From Octopus sinensis (taxonomy: Eukaryota), in the NCBI RefSeq assembly GCF_006345805.1, contig NC_043003.1, positions 93,124,001 to 93,188,000 of the forward strand: a DNA stretch of 64,000 nucleotides. The letters run 5' to 3'. A model generated the notes under the pieces. It saw only the letters and a program-made list of their open reading frames with translations, was not told the DNA's origin and searched no databases. Of the stretch, positions 43,102 to 55,790 are shown piece by piece. Positions within the stretch are counted from its first letter, which is position 1; each line of letters starts with the position of its first letter. Position numbers and translations under genes: made by a program.

Positions 43102-43530
43102 CTCTCTCTTTTACTCTTTACTCTTTTACTTGTTTCAGTCATTTGACTGCGGCCATGCTGGAGCACCGCCTTTAATCGAGCAACTCGACCCCGGGACTTA
43201 TTCTCTTGTAAGCCCAGTACTCATTCTATCGGTCTCTTTTGCCGAACCGCTAAGTAACGGGGACATAAACACACCAGCATCGGCTGTCAAGCAATGCTAG
43301 GGGGACAAACACAGACACACAAACACACACACGCATATATATATATATATATATATACATATATACGACGGGCTTCTTTCAGTTTCCGTCTACCAAATCC
43401 ACTCACAAGGCTTTGGTCGGCCCGTGGCTATAGTAGAAGACACTTGCCCAAAGTGCCACGCAGTGGGACTGAACCCGGAACCATGTGGTTGGTAAACAAG
43501 CTACTTACCACACAGCCACTCCTGCGCCTA
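43102..43530 (-). mobile_element. CORE-like tRNA SINE family B with internal microsatellite
   Basis: Head GTGGCTGTGTGGTAAG..GGTTCAGTCCC, CACTTTGGGCAAGTG core-like segment, and 3' GGCGGTGCTCCAGCATGGCCGCAGTCAAATGACTGAAAC with (AAAAGAGT)n tail. Other copies: 44657-45066(+), 45124-45503(-), 56596-56790(-), 60577-60942(-), 39870-40045(-). Confidence 0.88.
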
Positions 43531-43734
43531 TATATGTGTGTGTGTGTGTGTGTGTTTATATATATAATATATATATATATATTTGTTGAAATAGAAAGAT
43601 GAATTTTCTTGTTACAAATTATTCAAAAGTTTAACCGATACCTGGGTAGCAAAAATCACAGCAGAAAAAAGCACGGTTGGCGATAAGACCATTTGGTGTT
43701 GCAACCGTGCGTTGGTGCGGATAATTGAAGTTTA

Positions 43735-44102
43735 ATATTATTAGTGAATGGAAGAAATGGAGTTGAACGAAGATTGTACAGAATTCCTTTTATTACATTC
43801 TACACATGTTTCAAAGGCCACAATTTTCCAAATTCTGATTAAATAAGGATACCATATTGCAGCTTTCTCTTCAGGAAAAAACAGGAATTCCGTTGACAGA
43901 ACAAAACAAAACAGAGGCGCCTCTGTTTTGTTTTGTTCTGTCAACGGAATTCCTGTTTTTTCCTGAAGAGAAAGCTGCAATATGGTATCCTTATTTAATC
44001 AGAATTTGGAAAATTGTGGCCTTTGAAACATGTGTAGAATGTAATAAAAGGAATTCTGTACAATCTTCGTTCAACTCCATTTCTTCCATTCACTAATAAT
44101 AT
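43735..44102. repeat. 368-bp spacerless palindrome
   Basis: Centre GAGGC|GCCTC at 43918/43919. An identical 79-aa ORF appears on both strands in the track. Confidence 0.97.
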
Positions 44103-44811
44103 ATATAATATATATATATATATATAATATATATATATATATAATATATATATACTGTTTGAGTTAAGAAATAGTGACGGGTGAAAATTTTATTAATATG
44201 ATTCTACGTTTTCACAGTATATATTGAGTATAGAAAATAGTCTAATACTGGAACATATTAAACCCGCGACGGAAAAAAATGAGTATTAGCACTCGCAGGA
44301 ATCGAACACACACGCGAACTAATGCCTATTCTTCCACCAAGGCGTCTATATAAGCCAATATCAGGGCGGCGAGCTGGCAGAATCGTTAGCACGCCGTGTG
44401 AAATACTTTGCGGTATTTCGTCCGCCGCTGCGTTCTGAGTTCAATTTCCGCCGAGGTCGACTTTGCCTTTCATCCTTTCGAGATCGATAAATTAAGTGCC
44501 AGTTACGCACTGGGGTCGATGTAATCGACTTAATCCGCTTGTCTGTCCTTGTTTGTCCCCTCTATGTTTAGACCCTTGTCAGACTATTTTCTATAATCAA
44601 TATACACATATAGAATCACGTGTGTGTATGTATACATGTATGTATTTATCTATATATGCGCAGCTGTGTAGTAAGGAGCTTGGTACTCAACCACAGAGTT
44701 CCAGGTTCAATTCCATTGCGTGAGAACCTGTGCAAGTGTCTTCTGCTACAGCCGCCGGACAGCCAAAACTTCATGTGAAGATTTGTTAAGCAGAAACTGT
44801 AAGAAGTCCGT

Positions 44812-44874
<63 letters not shown>

Positions 44875-45079
44875 ATCTGTTTGTCTCCCCAACATCGCTT
44901 GACAACCGATACTAGTGTGTTTATGTCCCCGTCACTTAGCGGTTCGTCAACAGCGTCCGATAGAATAAGTACTAAGCTTACAAAGAATAAGTCCTGGGGT
45001 CGATTTGCTCGACTAAAGGCGGTGCTCCAGCATGGCCGCAGTCAAATGACTGAAACAAATAAAAGAATATATGTGTATG

Positions 45080-45110
<31 letters not shown>

Positions 45111-45790
45111 GAAGCTCAGTGGTTAGTACTTATTCTATCGGTCTCTTTTGCCGAACCGCTAAGTTACGGGGACGTAAACACGCCAACATCGGTTGTCAAG
45201 CGATGTTGGGGGACAAACACAAACACACAAACATACATACATATAAGTAACGGGGACATAAACACACCAGCATCGGCTGTCAAGCAATGCTAGGGGGACA
45301 AACACAGACACACAAACACACACACGCATATATATATATATACATATATACGACGGGCTTCTTTCAGTTTCCGTCTACCAAATCCACTCAAGGCTTTGGT
45401 CCACCCGAGGCTTTAGTAGAAAACACTCGTCCAAGGTGTCACTGAACTCAAAAACCATGTGGCTGGTAAACAAGCTACTCGCCACACAGCCACTCCTGCG
45501 GCCATATACAAGATTTCTGCACATATACATGCGCCACACTCACATACACATAAATATAGACGTATAAGTTTGAGTTTACAAGAGGAAAATGTACGCAATA
45601 TAAACAATTAGCCTGATGCTGGTATTACATTCGGTTACTATTCAGTGTTATGTGTATATATACATAAGTATATGTATACACACAAACACATATATACATA
45701 CACATATATGTGCACGCACTTCTTATCATTAATTACTTTTTCCTTTAATCACTGTAAAATACCTACACGCGTTTTCTACCCTTTTTCCTT

Positions 45791-45880
45791 ATGAACACCA
45801 CCCTGTACTTAACTCCATGTCCCCCTACATGGCCTTGCTATTTGCTTTTGAGCCAAATTAACTAACTAACTAACTAACTA
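45791..45880 (+). mobile_element. Extreme 5'-truncated CR1 copy (3' UTR only)
   Basis: Matches 58903-58990: ATGAACACCACCCTGTACTTAAC...GAGCCAAATT(AACT)n. Confidence 0.88.
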
Positions 45881-45990
45881 AATAAATAAATAATAAAGGG
45901 ATTCTTACTTTCAGGTCTACATGTATGTCTCTATGCATGTTTGTCAGTTTGTCTGTCTATTTGTTTGTTTGTATATCTATATATCTATAT

Positions 45991-46030
<40 letters not shown>

Positions 46031-46564
46031 TATATAATATATATATATATAATATATATATATATACATATGTGCGTGTATGTTATTTGTCCATATGAGC
46101 ATGTGTGGAATCTACTTATAAATTATTCATGACCTACCTAATATAAACCTACTTGACTCTTTTAACACGTCCTTTCAGCTCTTAATGCAGTTTTCCGGAT
46201 ATTCATCGAGGAAAGAATAAATTTAATGCCTACGTATAAAACGCTTAATAATCACTTAATCTTGAAGCCCACAAGAATATTAGAGCGTCATAGAATCGTT
46301 TTCATTTGTTGATTTAACTCAAGATCTGCCTTCTGTTACCTTCTTAGTTATGATGAGAAATTCGTGCTTTGAAATGGTGTGCATTTAACACTAGATTAAA
46401 CTATGTAGATAGGCTTACCATAATTTATAGACTCGATCTGAGATTGCCTTTGAATTAAAGACATTACACGTATAAGTACTAGTATGAACATTTTTTATAA
46501 CTTTATTTTTGCTGCCACTTCATTGTGTGGTCTGCCTGGCCATTTATACTTTTGCGTGCATTCT

Positions 46565-46842
46565 AATCCCAACCGTAACTCTGATCGTAACCATAACCAT
46601 AACCCTGACCTTAAACCCCAAGTTCTAACACTAATCCCCAATCCCTAAAGCTAACCCTAAATCAAAAACCTTAATCCTAACTCTAACTCTAAAGCCTAAC
46701 CCTAACCATAATCGTAAACCCTAATCCTAAACTCTAAACCAGATCCTAAATGCTAATCGTTATCTTAAACTATAACTCTAATCCTAATTCTTATACTAAA
46801 CCATAACCCTAACCCGAAACCATAACCCTAATCCTAACCCAT
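46565..46842. repeat. Degenerate (CCCTAA)n-like interstitial repeat
   Basis: About 280 bp of TAACCC/TAATCC/TAACTC hexamer variants. Confidence 0.75.
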
Positions 46843-47240
46843 ATCAGGTCATTTCTCAGCGTAAACTGTGGATCCTACAGTAGACTGTGCGTTAAAGTAA
46901 CACCTAGCTTTTCTTAAATACGGTGCATTTAGGTACAATTCTATGTACTATGCTGGATACATTTGGTGTTCGTCTGGTATGTTGATTTTTTGCTCATTTT
47001 TATGTGTTTTGATTATGCATGCACTGATGATTAAAACGTGCATTTTGTGCGCTAATTATGAAATCATATGATCTGCAGCTAAATCTGTTTTTAAAAGGCT
47101 TGCTTCGAGAGTTGCATTCCCTCGCATTCGGTACAATGTGTTTATTATGGTAGTTTTGACTTTAAGAGTCCCTCCTAGCGCGAGGCATTTATGTATAGTA
47201 ATGCCCTTAATATAAATTATTTGTATATATATATATATAT

Positions 47241-50200
47241 GATTTTGATTTTGATTTTGATTTTTCCAGTTTCAGCTAATGAGCTGTGGCCATGCTGGGG
47301 CACCGCCATTTGGTTTGCTACACGGGTTTACCTCACGGATGCTTTTTAGCAAACGCCATCTGATGCATGAGAGAGTTCGATGCAGCTGCCCTCATCTGCA
47401 CCTCCTGCCGTGAAGTTGGTTCATCCGGGACACCTGACAGGAAGAGATCCAGTCCTACTTTAAAGACATCCGCATCTACACCATGCAGGTCCCTCAGGTT
47501 CTTCGGGAGGACATTGAAGAGCCGTGGGCCTCTGAAGCCCAGGCTATCACAATATCTTGTCCTACATCTTGATGGCAAATTTGGAGTCCTTGGTACTACG
47601 CAGTGGCGTCCGGTTCTGGCGTTGTGTGACTCTCGATGCCAAAGTCTGGGACAAGACCTTCCAGGATCTTCCAGATATATATTATGGCATATCTTTCTCG
47701 CCTACGCTCCAGGGAATAGAGCTTTAATCTCTTGAGTCTCTCCCAGTAGCTCGTATGCTGCACAGAGGCTATCTTCTTCGTGTAGCTTCGTTGGATCGCC
47801 TCAAGTTCTGTGATCAACTTGACACTGGATGGTGACCATAGCTGAGAGCAATAGTCAAAGTGGCTTAGGACAAGTGTCTTCCAGAGGACCATCATGGTTT
47901 CTTGTTCTCTTGTTCTAAAGGTTCTAAGAATCCATCCAGCCAGCCGTCTACATTTCATTGTCAGTTTAGCAACATGTACATGAAAGGTCGCATCATCACT
48001 CATGTGAATACCCAGGTCACGCACTGATTGTGCCTCTGGGATTGCAATCCCTCCGGGTCCAGTGTATTCATTGGGTATTGCATTCAGTTTTGCATGCTGA
48101 TAGTATAAAGCTTGAAACTTTTCAGCATTGAACTGCATGCTATTCTTTTCAGCCCACTTGTATATTTCGTCCAGCTCACATTGCAGGTGCTTAGTGTCTT
48201 CAGGGTTCTGTATTGCCTGTGAAACTTTTGTATCATCTGCATAACTTGTGATCGTGGCTCTCCGCGTGGCTGAGGGCATGTCTGAGAGGGCCATTATGAA
48301 CAATAGTGGTCCCAAAACAGTGCCCTGTGGAACACCGCTCACTATTTGCGTGCTAATGGAAGTGGCCCCATTGGCTGCTACCACCTGACTTCTATTCTTC
48401 AGAAAGTCATGAAGCCATTCTCCTAGTTTTCCAACTATGCCAAGATCACGCAGTTTGTGACATATCATTCCATGATCGACTTTATCGAAGGCCTTTGCGA
48501 AGTCGAGATATATGACTTCCACATTTGAGTGGTTGAGCAGTTGTTTCAGCACCCAGTCATAGTGCTGCAGGAGCTGAGTTAAGCAGCTTCTTCCTGGTCG
48601 GAAACCATGTTGGGTGTCAGGCAGCAAGTAATTTTCTTCAAGGAAGGTGATTAGTTTCCTTCTGACTATTCGTTCCATGACCTTGCTGATGTGTGAGGTC
48701 AGAGAGATAGGTCTGTAGTTCTTGGCCTCCGCTCTGCTACCTCCTTTATGAATAGGGCATATTTTACCTTCCTTCAGTTTTCTTGGAAGTTTGCCAGCTG
48801 CAAGGAAGCTCTGAAAGAGGAACTGCAGTGGTCTTGCTAGGACTCTCTTACATACTTTTAGGAGGATTGCCGGGAATCCATCGGGGCCAATAGCTGAGTC
48901 TGTTTTCATTTCATCTATAGCCTTTATTACATCGTCTTCCTTTATATCGATGTAATTTATCGTCGCCGCCTCTGATTCTATATCTGCAGTGGTAAAGAAG
49001 TCAGTTGGATTGCTGATTTGGAAATGCCCAAGGGGTGGAGTGAAAACACTCTTGAATTGTTCATTCAGTATTTCACTTACCCTCATTGGTTTTCCTGTGA
49101 GTGTGCCATCCTTTTCAAGGAGTGGCCCTATCCTACAGTGCACCGTAGCTGTTTCTTTGGCATACCTGTAGAAAGCTCTGGGGTTAGTTTTTATGTTGTC
49201 TATAGCCCAGGCTTCTTTGTCTGCTCTTTCCTTCTCATGGGAGAGTTGCAGACAATTTTCAATTTCCAACAGTTTTATTTTCAGGCGGGACTTTTCACTG
49301 CTTTCAATTTGTTTGTTTAGGCGATTTGAAATTTTTGTACGCCGTCTCATTAAAATTTTCCTCTCTCTGGGGATTTTGTTCTTGTGTACAGTGGCCTTTC
49401 TCTCTGGGACACATTTGTAGCATATGGCTTGCGTTACAGACATGAATTGTTGAAGTATCATGTCGATGTCCGGCGAGGAGAGACATTCAGGCCAGTTTTG
49501 TTTGAGGATCTCTTTCTCAATTTGTTTCCAGTTTGCCTTATTGAAGTTCAAGCTGGAAAGATTCTGAGGGTTTCTTGTAGGCTGCATGTCCGTGCTCTCT
49601 TTTGGCCCGTACATGGTCAGCTCTACCATTGTGTGATCCGAGAGTAGTGTCGGTGTCACTTTCACATTATGGATGAGATCCATATTATTTGTGAAGCAGA
49701 GATCCAGTGTGTTACCTGCTCTGGTTGGTTGGAGTATTACTTGCTCCATGTACAGGGTGTTGATGAGGTTCAGGAGAGACCTCGCCTGTCCTCGTTCACA
49801 TCTTGTCATTCCTGGGAGAGAAAGGCCCTCGGGCCATCTGACATTGGGTAGATTGAAGTCTTCCATGAGAAGTACACTTATGTGTTGTTCTAATGTGATT
49901 AGAACTTCTTCTATTTTTAAAAGGCAGTCCTCAAACTTGCCCATATGACTTGGGGCATCTGGAGGGCGATATGTAGCACACACAACTACATCAAGTTGCC
50001 TTATGTGTACAATTAGTGTGTCACACACCGAGTTTGAGTATGACAAAAGGACCTGGGGTGTGAGGTCCCCACGGATGTACATAGCACTCCTCCATGACTC
50101 CTTTCTTTCCTGTCGGTCCGTAGTACAACATACTGTGGTATGTGTAATTCCGCATCTGCTATGTCCGGTTTCAGATGCGTTTCTGTGAGTGCTATGCATA

Positions 50201-50401
50201 AGGCTTGATTGCATGCGACAAAGTCTCTCAGGAACGGGACTTTTGTCCTGTTACTGTGTGTTAGTAGTCCTCTGATGTTCAGTAGGAGCATCGAGGTGAG
50301 GTGTATGCTGTTGCCGGCGGTGTCCACCCTGGGTCCATCTGCTGTGGCGGTCTTGTGAACTGTGGGCAGTTCCATCTGCGAGCCTGAGCCTGATGGAGCC
50401 A
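47241..50401 (-). mobile_element. CR1-clade LINE, ORF2 essentially complete, truncated in the end of ORF1
   Basis: APE and RT domains, 3' UTR stem-loop and (AAAATC)n tail. Flanked by (TA)n and (GA)n. Confidence 0.95.
47333..50375 (-). pseudogene. CR1 ORF2 (AP endonuclease + reverse transcriptase) with two apparent -1 frameshifts
   Basis: APE motifs LNIRGL, TETHL, YRPP, DFN, LDLCF, SDH. RT motifs YRPISL, QHGFR, DFAKAFD, GVPQG, YADD. Track ORFs 50013..50447, 47596..50214 and 47333..47578 join if 1 nt is added near 50086 and near 47622. Confidence 0.9.
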
Positions 50402-51258
50402 GAGAGAGAGAGAGAGAGAGAGAGTTAATCCAAACAAGAAAGCACAAAAAAGCACAACAACGCGAGGATGTGGAGCAAATATAGTATTATTGGACGTATC
50501 CGTATATATTTGCACGAATGTATATATATATATATACACACACATGAGGTCTGACCCATAAGTATCCGGACTGTTGCCATAGTAACGAAGCAAAGCACGC
50601 ACAGCAAACTACTTAGCAAAGATTGACTTTAAACTCTGTTGTCTATGTGCACTAAGTTTTAACGTTCTAGCCCACTTCCACTGTTTACATCAGTGCTTGG
50701 GAAGAAAGTGTGTAGCATGTGATCGTCGCAGAGGCCTACGCAAAATTGCAGAAGGTGTATGGAGAGGAGTGTATGAGCTGCACACAAGTGTACGATTGGT
50801 TCAGACGTTTCCAAGTTGGCCCAAAAATGTCGACATTGACGAACGTTCAGAGAGACCCACAACCAGCAGAACTGAGAAAAACATTGCAGATGTGCGTGCA
50901 ACTGTGAGGGGAAATCGTCGAATCACCATCCGTGAGTTATCAGAGGATGTGCAGATTAGTTACAGTTCAGTTCAATCCATTATCACTGAAGATTTGGGTA
51001 TGAGATGCGTATCTACCAAGTTAGTGCCATAACTCTTTCAGCTGACCAAAAAGACACTTGGGTTTCAGTTGCACAAGATCTCATTGATTGTATCGAGAAC
51101 AATGAAAACGTTTTGAAAACTTTGCGTCGGTCTCTGAGCAGGTATGGCCAAGCTTTTGGAAAAATTTGATGCAGATTCTCTGCTCATCTCTCTCTGCTAT
51201 GGTCCATGCAACGATCACACGCTACACACCTTCCTTACTGCTGTAAAGTGAGCTAGAA

Positions 51259-51815
51259 TAGTACTCAAAGTGGTGGTCCGCGGACCGGCGCCGGTCCGGG
51301 AGCCATCAGCTGCCGGTACGCGGCGAGCTGCCAGGAAAGAAAGAAACATTATAAAATGCTTATGTTGTTGTTTTTGTTCCTTCTCGAGCCACGCCTGGCT
51401 CATAGGGCCAGTTTCCCGGCTTCCTTGCCGTATAGGTTCCCCACCTGGACGGGACGCTGGTCCGTTGCAGGTGAGCTGCAAGATGCAGGACGAAAGAGTG
51501 AGAGAAAGTTGTGGTGAAAGAGTCAGCAGAAGTTCGCCATTACCTTCTGCCGACGCCGCGTGGAGATTAGGTGTTTCGCGCATAAACACACACATCGCCC
51601 GGTCTGAGATTCGAACCCGCGATCCCTCAACATAAAATGCTTATGTAATATTGCATTATTTGTTTACAAAATAAATATAAGATGAAGAAAATTGTCAACT
51701 TTATATATATTATTTCCGGTATAAATTAATATTACTAAGAAATATTACCGGCCCCTGGCCCATTTTGGGGGTGGGGACTGCCAGTATGCCACATCAGATA
51801 GTTTGAGAAGCACTG
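51259..51815. mobile_element. hAT (Charlie-like) MITE with 8-bp TSD
   Basis: Right TIR TTTGAGAAGCACTG, degenerate left TIR TAGTACTCAAA. TSD AGCTAGAA at 51251-51258 and 51816-51823. Confidence 0.85.
51366..51631 (-). mobile_element. SINE nested in the hAT MITE, 15-bp TSD
   Basis: TSD ATAAAATGCTTATGT at 51351-51365 and 51632-51646. Homologous to 27270-27540. Confidence 0.9.
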
Positions 51816-51949
51816 AGCTAGAATGTTAAAACTTAGTGAGCATGCACAGCAGAGTTCAAGGTCAATCTTTGCCAAGTGGCTTTACTCGGCTTCCCTCTTA
51901 TAAGTGAACATTTTAGCAGCTAGCTAGTTCAATAACAGAGGGATTATCT

Positions 51950-54420
51950 ATATTTATTTCAGGACAGTCTTTTACCTGAAAGGCATTGTATACTGTTTTC
52001 ACAACAACGTCGTGTCGCATTACAAAGATAGTACCTTGACCGCATTTTTGGGTAGTTACTAATCACATGAATGATGTCTTCCACCGAAGTATGACATAAT
52101 CTACATTTTCGATTGCATCTTTTTTTTATTAGGTATTTCGTAGCAATCTCCTGTTCTTGGATTGCATATACAGAGCCATCGAAGTGTGATGCAGCAGTCA
52201 CGGGTTCAAGAGAGGCTTCGCTTCATGTTGATATTATTGTCTTCTAGTCGTCGGGGATATGTATAGTTTTTTTTTTGGTATGTTGAGCGTTTGACATCCA
52301 GGTCTTCTTTGAGGTATGTTAGTCCAGCTGTTTTGGGGTCATCAGGAAGAGAGTGCTTCCTAAGGAGCTCGCTGCCGACAAGTAGCATATCGCTCTCTTT
52401 AGGTTTCAGCACAAAGTTAATATATTTACTTTTGCTGCAGTTGTATACCAAGTGCTATCTGAAAGAAACTCTACGACATTCGAAGGCTGACTGCGCTAGT
52501 CACAAGCCTCTACCTCTTTCATCTCTTCTGAACTAGAGTCTGTCAATATCCCTATTTATGTGAAGATTTCCAGTTGATGTCAGTATCTTCCGGGTTTTAA
52601 TGTCTATAGAGTGGATTTCTCTATGGACCAGTCAAGTATCCTAAATGTTTGAATTAGTGGTGCAGCAAATGCATTGTGGGATATTGTGTTGTAAGATAAG
52701 GGTTTAGACTGCTATATTTTCCTAAGTCTGTATAATATTCTCGGGTCATTCAATTTTTATTCGCAGTACCTTTGTATGATGTTTTCATCAATGCTCACGT
52801 ACATGTAGCATTCCTTATGTAGGAGAGGGGAGATAATGAAGCCGTTAATGCACAGGTTTTGGGTTTGGGGGATTGATTTTTCCCGTTCCACAATGTCTGC
52901 TGAAGATGTTATTAATACCATCTGTTTTTTTTTTTGTTTTTGTTTTTTTTGGCATTGTCAACATTTTTAGCACAAATCTTGAGGTCATTCACAAAGAAAT
53001 CATGGGTTGAATTAATATTTCTAGTAGTTGCAGACCATAACATGCAACTATTTCATTTTTGTAGCAGGATTGATAATTGATTTAATGCCAAAATGAACAG
53101 AATTACAAACAGACTATCTCCTTGTAATATTCCTTTGAAATCTTTATAACACTGGAGACGACCGTTCCTCGCACAGTTCTAAGTGTAAGAATTGTTGCCC
53201 AGGTCTTTGTGAACCTCTCAATGACAGCAATTAAGATAGCAAGCACTTTTGTCATATGTGTACGCTTCAGCAGCCATAAGTGGCTTTCCTATAAACGAGC
53301 CATACTATTGCAAAGCTCCTACGATATATTTTTTCACTTCAGTGAGTACACCTCTGTTCATTAAGTGTTGTTTGGCACATCACGCTCACTTCTTTCCACT
53401 AGCTGTTCATTAGTCACTATGACGTTGGACTTGCAATGATCCTGGAGAGAAATTGGTCGGGGGAGCTTGTGTACAGTTTATTACATAATATTTAATTAAG
53501 TAATGATCCGATAGTTTTCTGCCAATGCGGTGGTTTCATTCTTGGCCACAAGATTTGTCTGTGCTAGTATATATTAGTGGTTTCCTGTAAAATGTCAGTC
53601 TCTTGTACCAGTACCCAATCATTAGCTCCCTTCCAGGTGCTTTTACACTATGCAGTTTGCCTACAGCTATGGTGAGATTTTCCGGGTCAATTGCATGTTT
53701 TACTTTTGATGTTGGTACAGCATTCTCTCCTTACTTCATTTAACTACGGTCCATTAAGGTTGGAATCTTTCTTTTCGTTGCAGATTTTCAACCTGAATGA
53801 TTCAAGATGTTCTTGGGAGGGGCCTTTCTTATCGGTAATAATTTCCTTCCTCATCTTTTTGTATAATACTTGCGGGTTGAGTAAACTTGTGATTTATTCA
53901 GAATCGTTCAAAAATTCGTCTGAAGTAGCAAAGATTTTCGCTTAGCACCACGAATTCGTGTTTTAATTACCCCCACCCCAAGAGTTAAGTGTGAAGAGTC
54001 ATCACAGATGTTTTCTTTTACTCATTCATGTAATTCATGAGTTGTAAACTCATTATTAGTTTTACGTTTTATCATCGTGGTTAACCATCCAGTATGGTGC
54101 CGCAGATTGCTGTTTTCTTCAAGTTTTGTTTTCCATCTAGGTTGCTTCCATTTAGGAGTTTCATTACCATATATACTGCCCACTTCTCCGATGTGTTCTT
54201 TAAGAGTGATAGCAGCTGTGTATATGAGGTATTGATATTTCACCAATTAACATCACATGATTCCAGGTACTCGCCAGCAACATCGTCAATTACTTTCAAC
54301 ATTAGAGCTATTAGATTTTTCTTAATCTTGTTAAGAATGGCCTGTAGCTTAACGATAGTTTCGAAAAAGTTGAAAAGTTTTCTATGAATTGTAGTTTCAG
54401 GATGTTTCTAAGTTAAATAT
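51950..54420 (-). mobile_element. Decayed R4/Dong-like (RLE-type) non-LTR retrotransposon
   Basis: Minus-strand remnants KAPGRELMIGYWYK (~53620), KGILQGDSL (~53120), HDFFVNDLK (~52990) and YAIQEQEIATKY..CRLC...EDIIHVIS (CCHC region, 51959-52201). Many stops and frameshifts. Confidence 0.75.
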
Positions 54421-54875
54421 ATTTCACAGTAAAATTTACTTGAGTTATAGCCTAAATTATTGCCAAGCCTTTACATTTTTAGTTTTGACCCAATGCCTAT
54501 TTTTTACATAATGAATTTGCCTACCATATATAATATTCTACTTGTATAAAACTTTAGCTATATTGGTACTACTGGCTCTCATTTTTCAAGTGTTCTAGTG
54601 TGTCAATATTTTAACAAAATGATGGTATCTTTTTTAATTATAGTGTTACTTTGTAAATTAAAATCAAATGTAATAAGTTGTCCTGAACTTTTTCAAGTGT
54701 AATAACTTGTCCTGTAATTTTCCAGATTTATAATCTTAAGAATATTATTTCTCTTGGTCGCATTTTCCATATATATATATATATATTTAATGTAGGATAA
54801 ATTTTTTTTGAAAAAAAAAATTTATCAATGACCAGCATATTAAAAAATACCTTTAAAGGTTAAAATTATAAGCAG

Positions 54876-55161
54876 CTTATAAATAAGGGCAAACGAAAAA
54901 ATTTCTAATGCCAAATATGCCGAAATTGGACATATTGTCCATAACTATATAATTTTTCAGAATACGCACGCTACCCTGAACTAACCCTGAAAACTAACCC
55001 TGAAATCGGTCCGATATGGTAATAATGGAATTTTTTAGAAATTTCTGTCGGCTTTTTTTCGAGTAGCGTGCGTATTGTGAAAAATTATATGGTTATGGAC
55101 AATATATCCAATTTTGGCATATTTGGCATTAGAAATTTTTTCGTTTGCCCTTATTTATAAG
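54876..55161. mobile_element. MITE with ~95-bp TIRs and a CTAACCCTGA core
   Basis: CTTATAAATAAGGGCAAACGAAAAA...AATACGCACGCTAC is inverted against GTAGCGTGCGTATT...TTTGCCCTTATTTATAAG. Confidence 0.8.
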
Positions 55162-55790
55162 TTGTTTATATATATATATATATATCACATGCACATGCAC
55201 ACACACAAAATACAGACACACATACACACATGTACACACGCACACACGTGTATATACACACGTACACACATACACACATACGCACACAATTATACCTACA
55301 TGTACACATACACTCGCACATACAGGCACACACGCACACATACACAGAGTAAAGTATAGTTTCTCCACACACACATCCCCACGCATACACACATACACAC
55401 ACGAACACACATACATACCGGAAACAAAACACAAACACACTACATATATATACACGCACACACACATTCTTCAAACTACCAGTACCTTCTACTTAACATT
55501 CTCCTACTCATGTGTGGGTAGACACACAACCGGCAGCCTCTCCTAGCAAAATTCTTACTATAAATTCTTCCTATGACCTTAAACGATACTAAGCCCAACC
55601 ACACACATAAATAAACAGCCACGACCACACAAACACGTGCTATCATTACACACACACACTCACACACACACACACACACACACACAGACCTGCGCGCACG
55701 CACATGCCCACACATACCTCCTTCTCTTGCACTCAGCTGTCTTTGAAAGAACTTTTCTTCACCCATTCCCTTCCGGTCATTTCAATATGT

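Larger units (their letters stand above)
50545..51890. mobile_element. Mariner-derived element (same family as 31890-32777, opposite orientation), interrupted
   Basis: TIR TGAGGTCTGACCCATAAGTATCCGG. ORF 50697..51032 contains DERSERPTTSRTE..VRATVRGNRRITIRELSEDV.IS.SSVQSIITEDLGMR (mariner second HTH). Confidence 0.88.

Noticed and set aside
43741-44096. Identical 79-aa ORF on both strands
   Set aside because: It is a by-product of the palindrome, has a TTG start and shows no recognisable domain.
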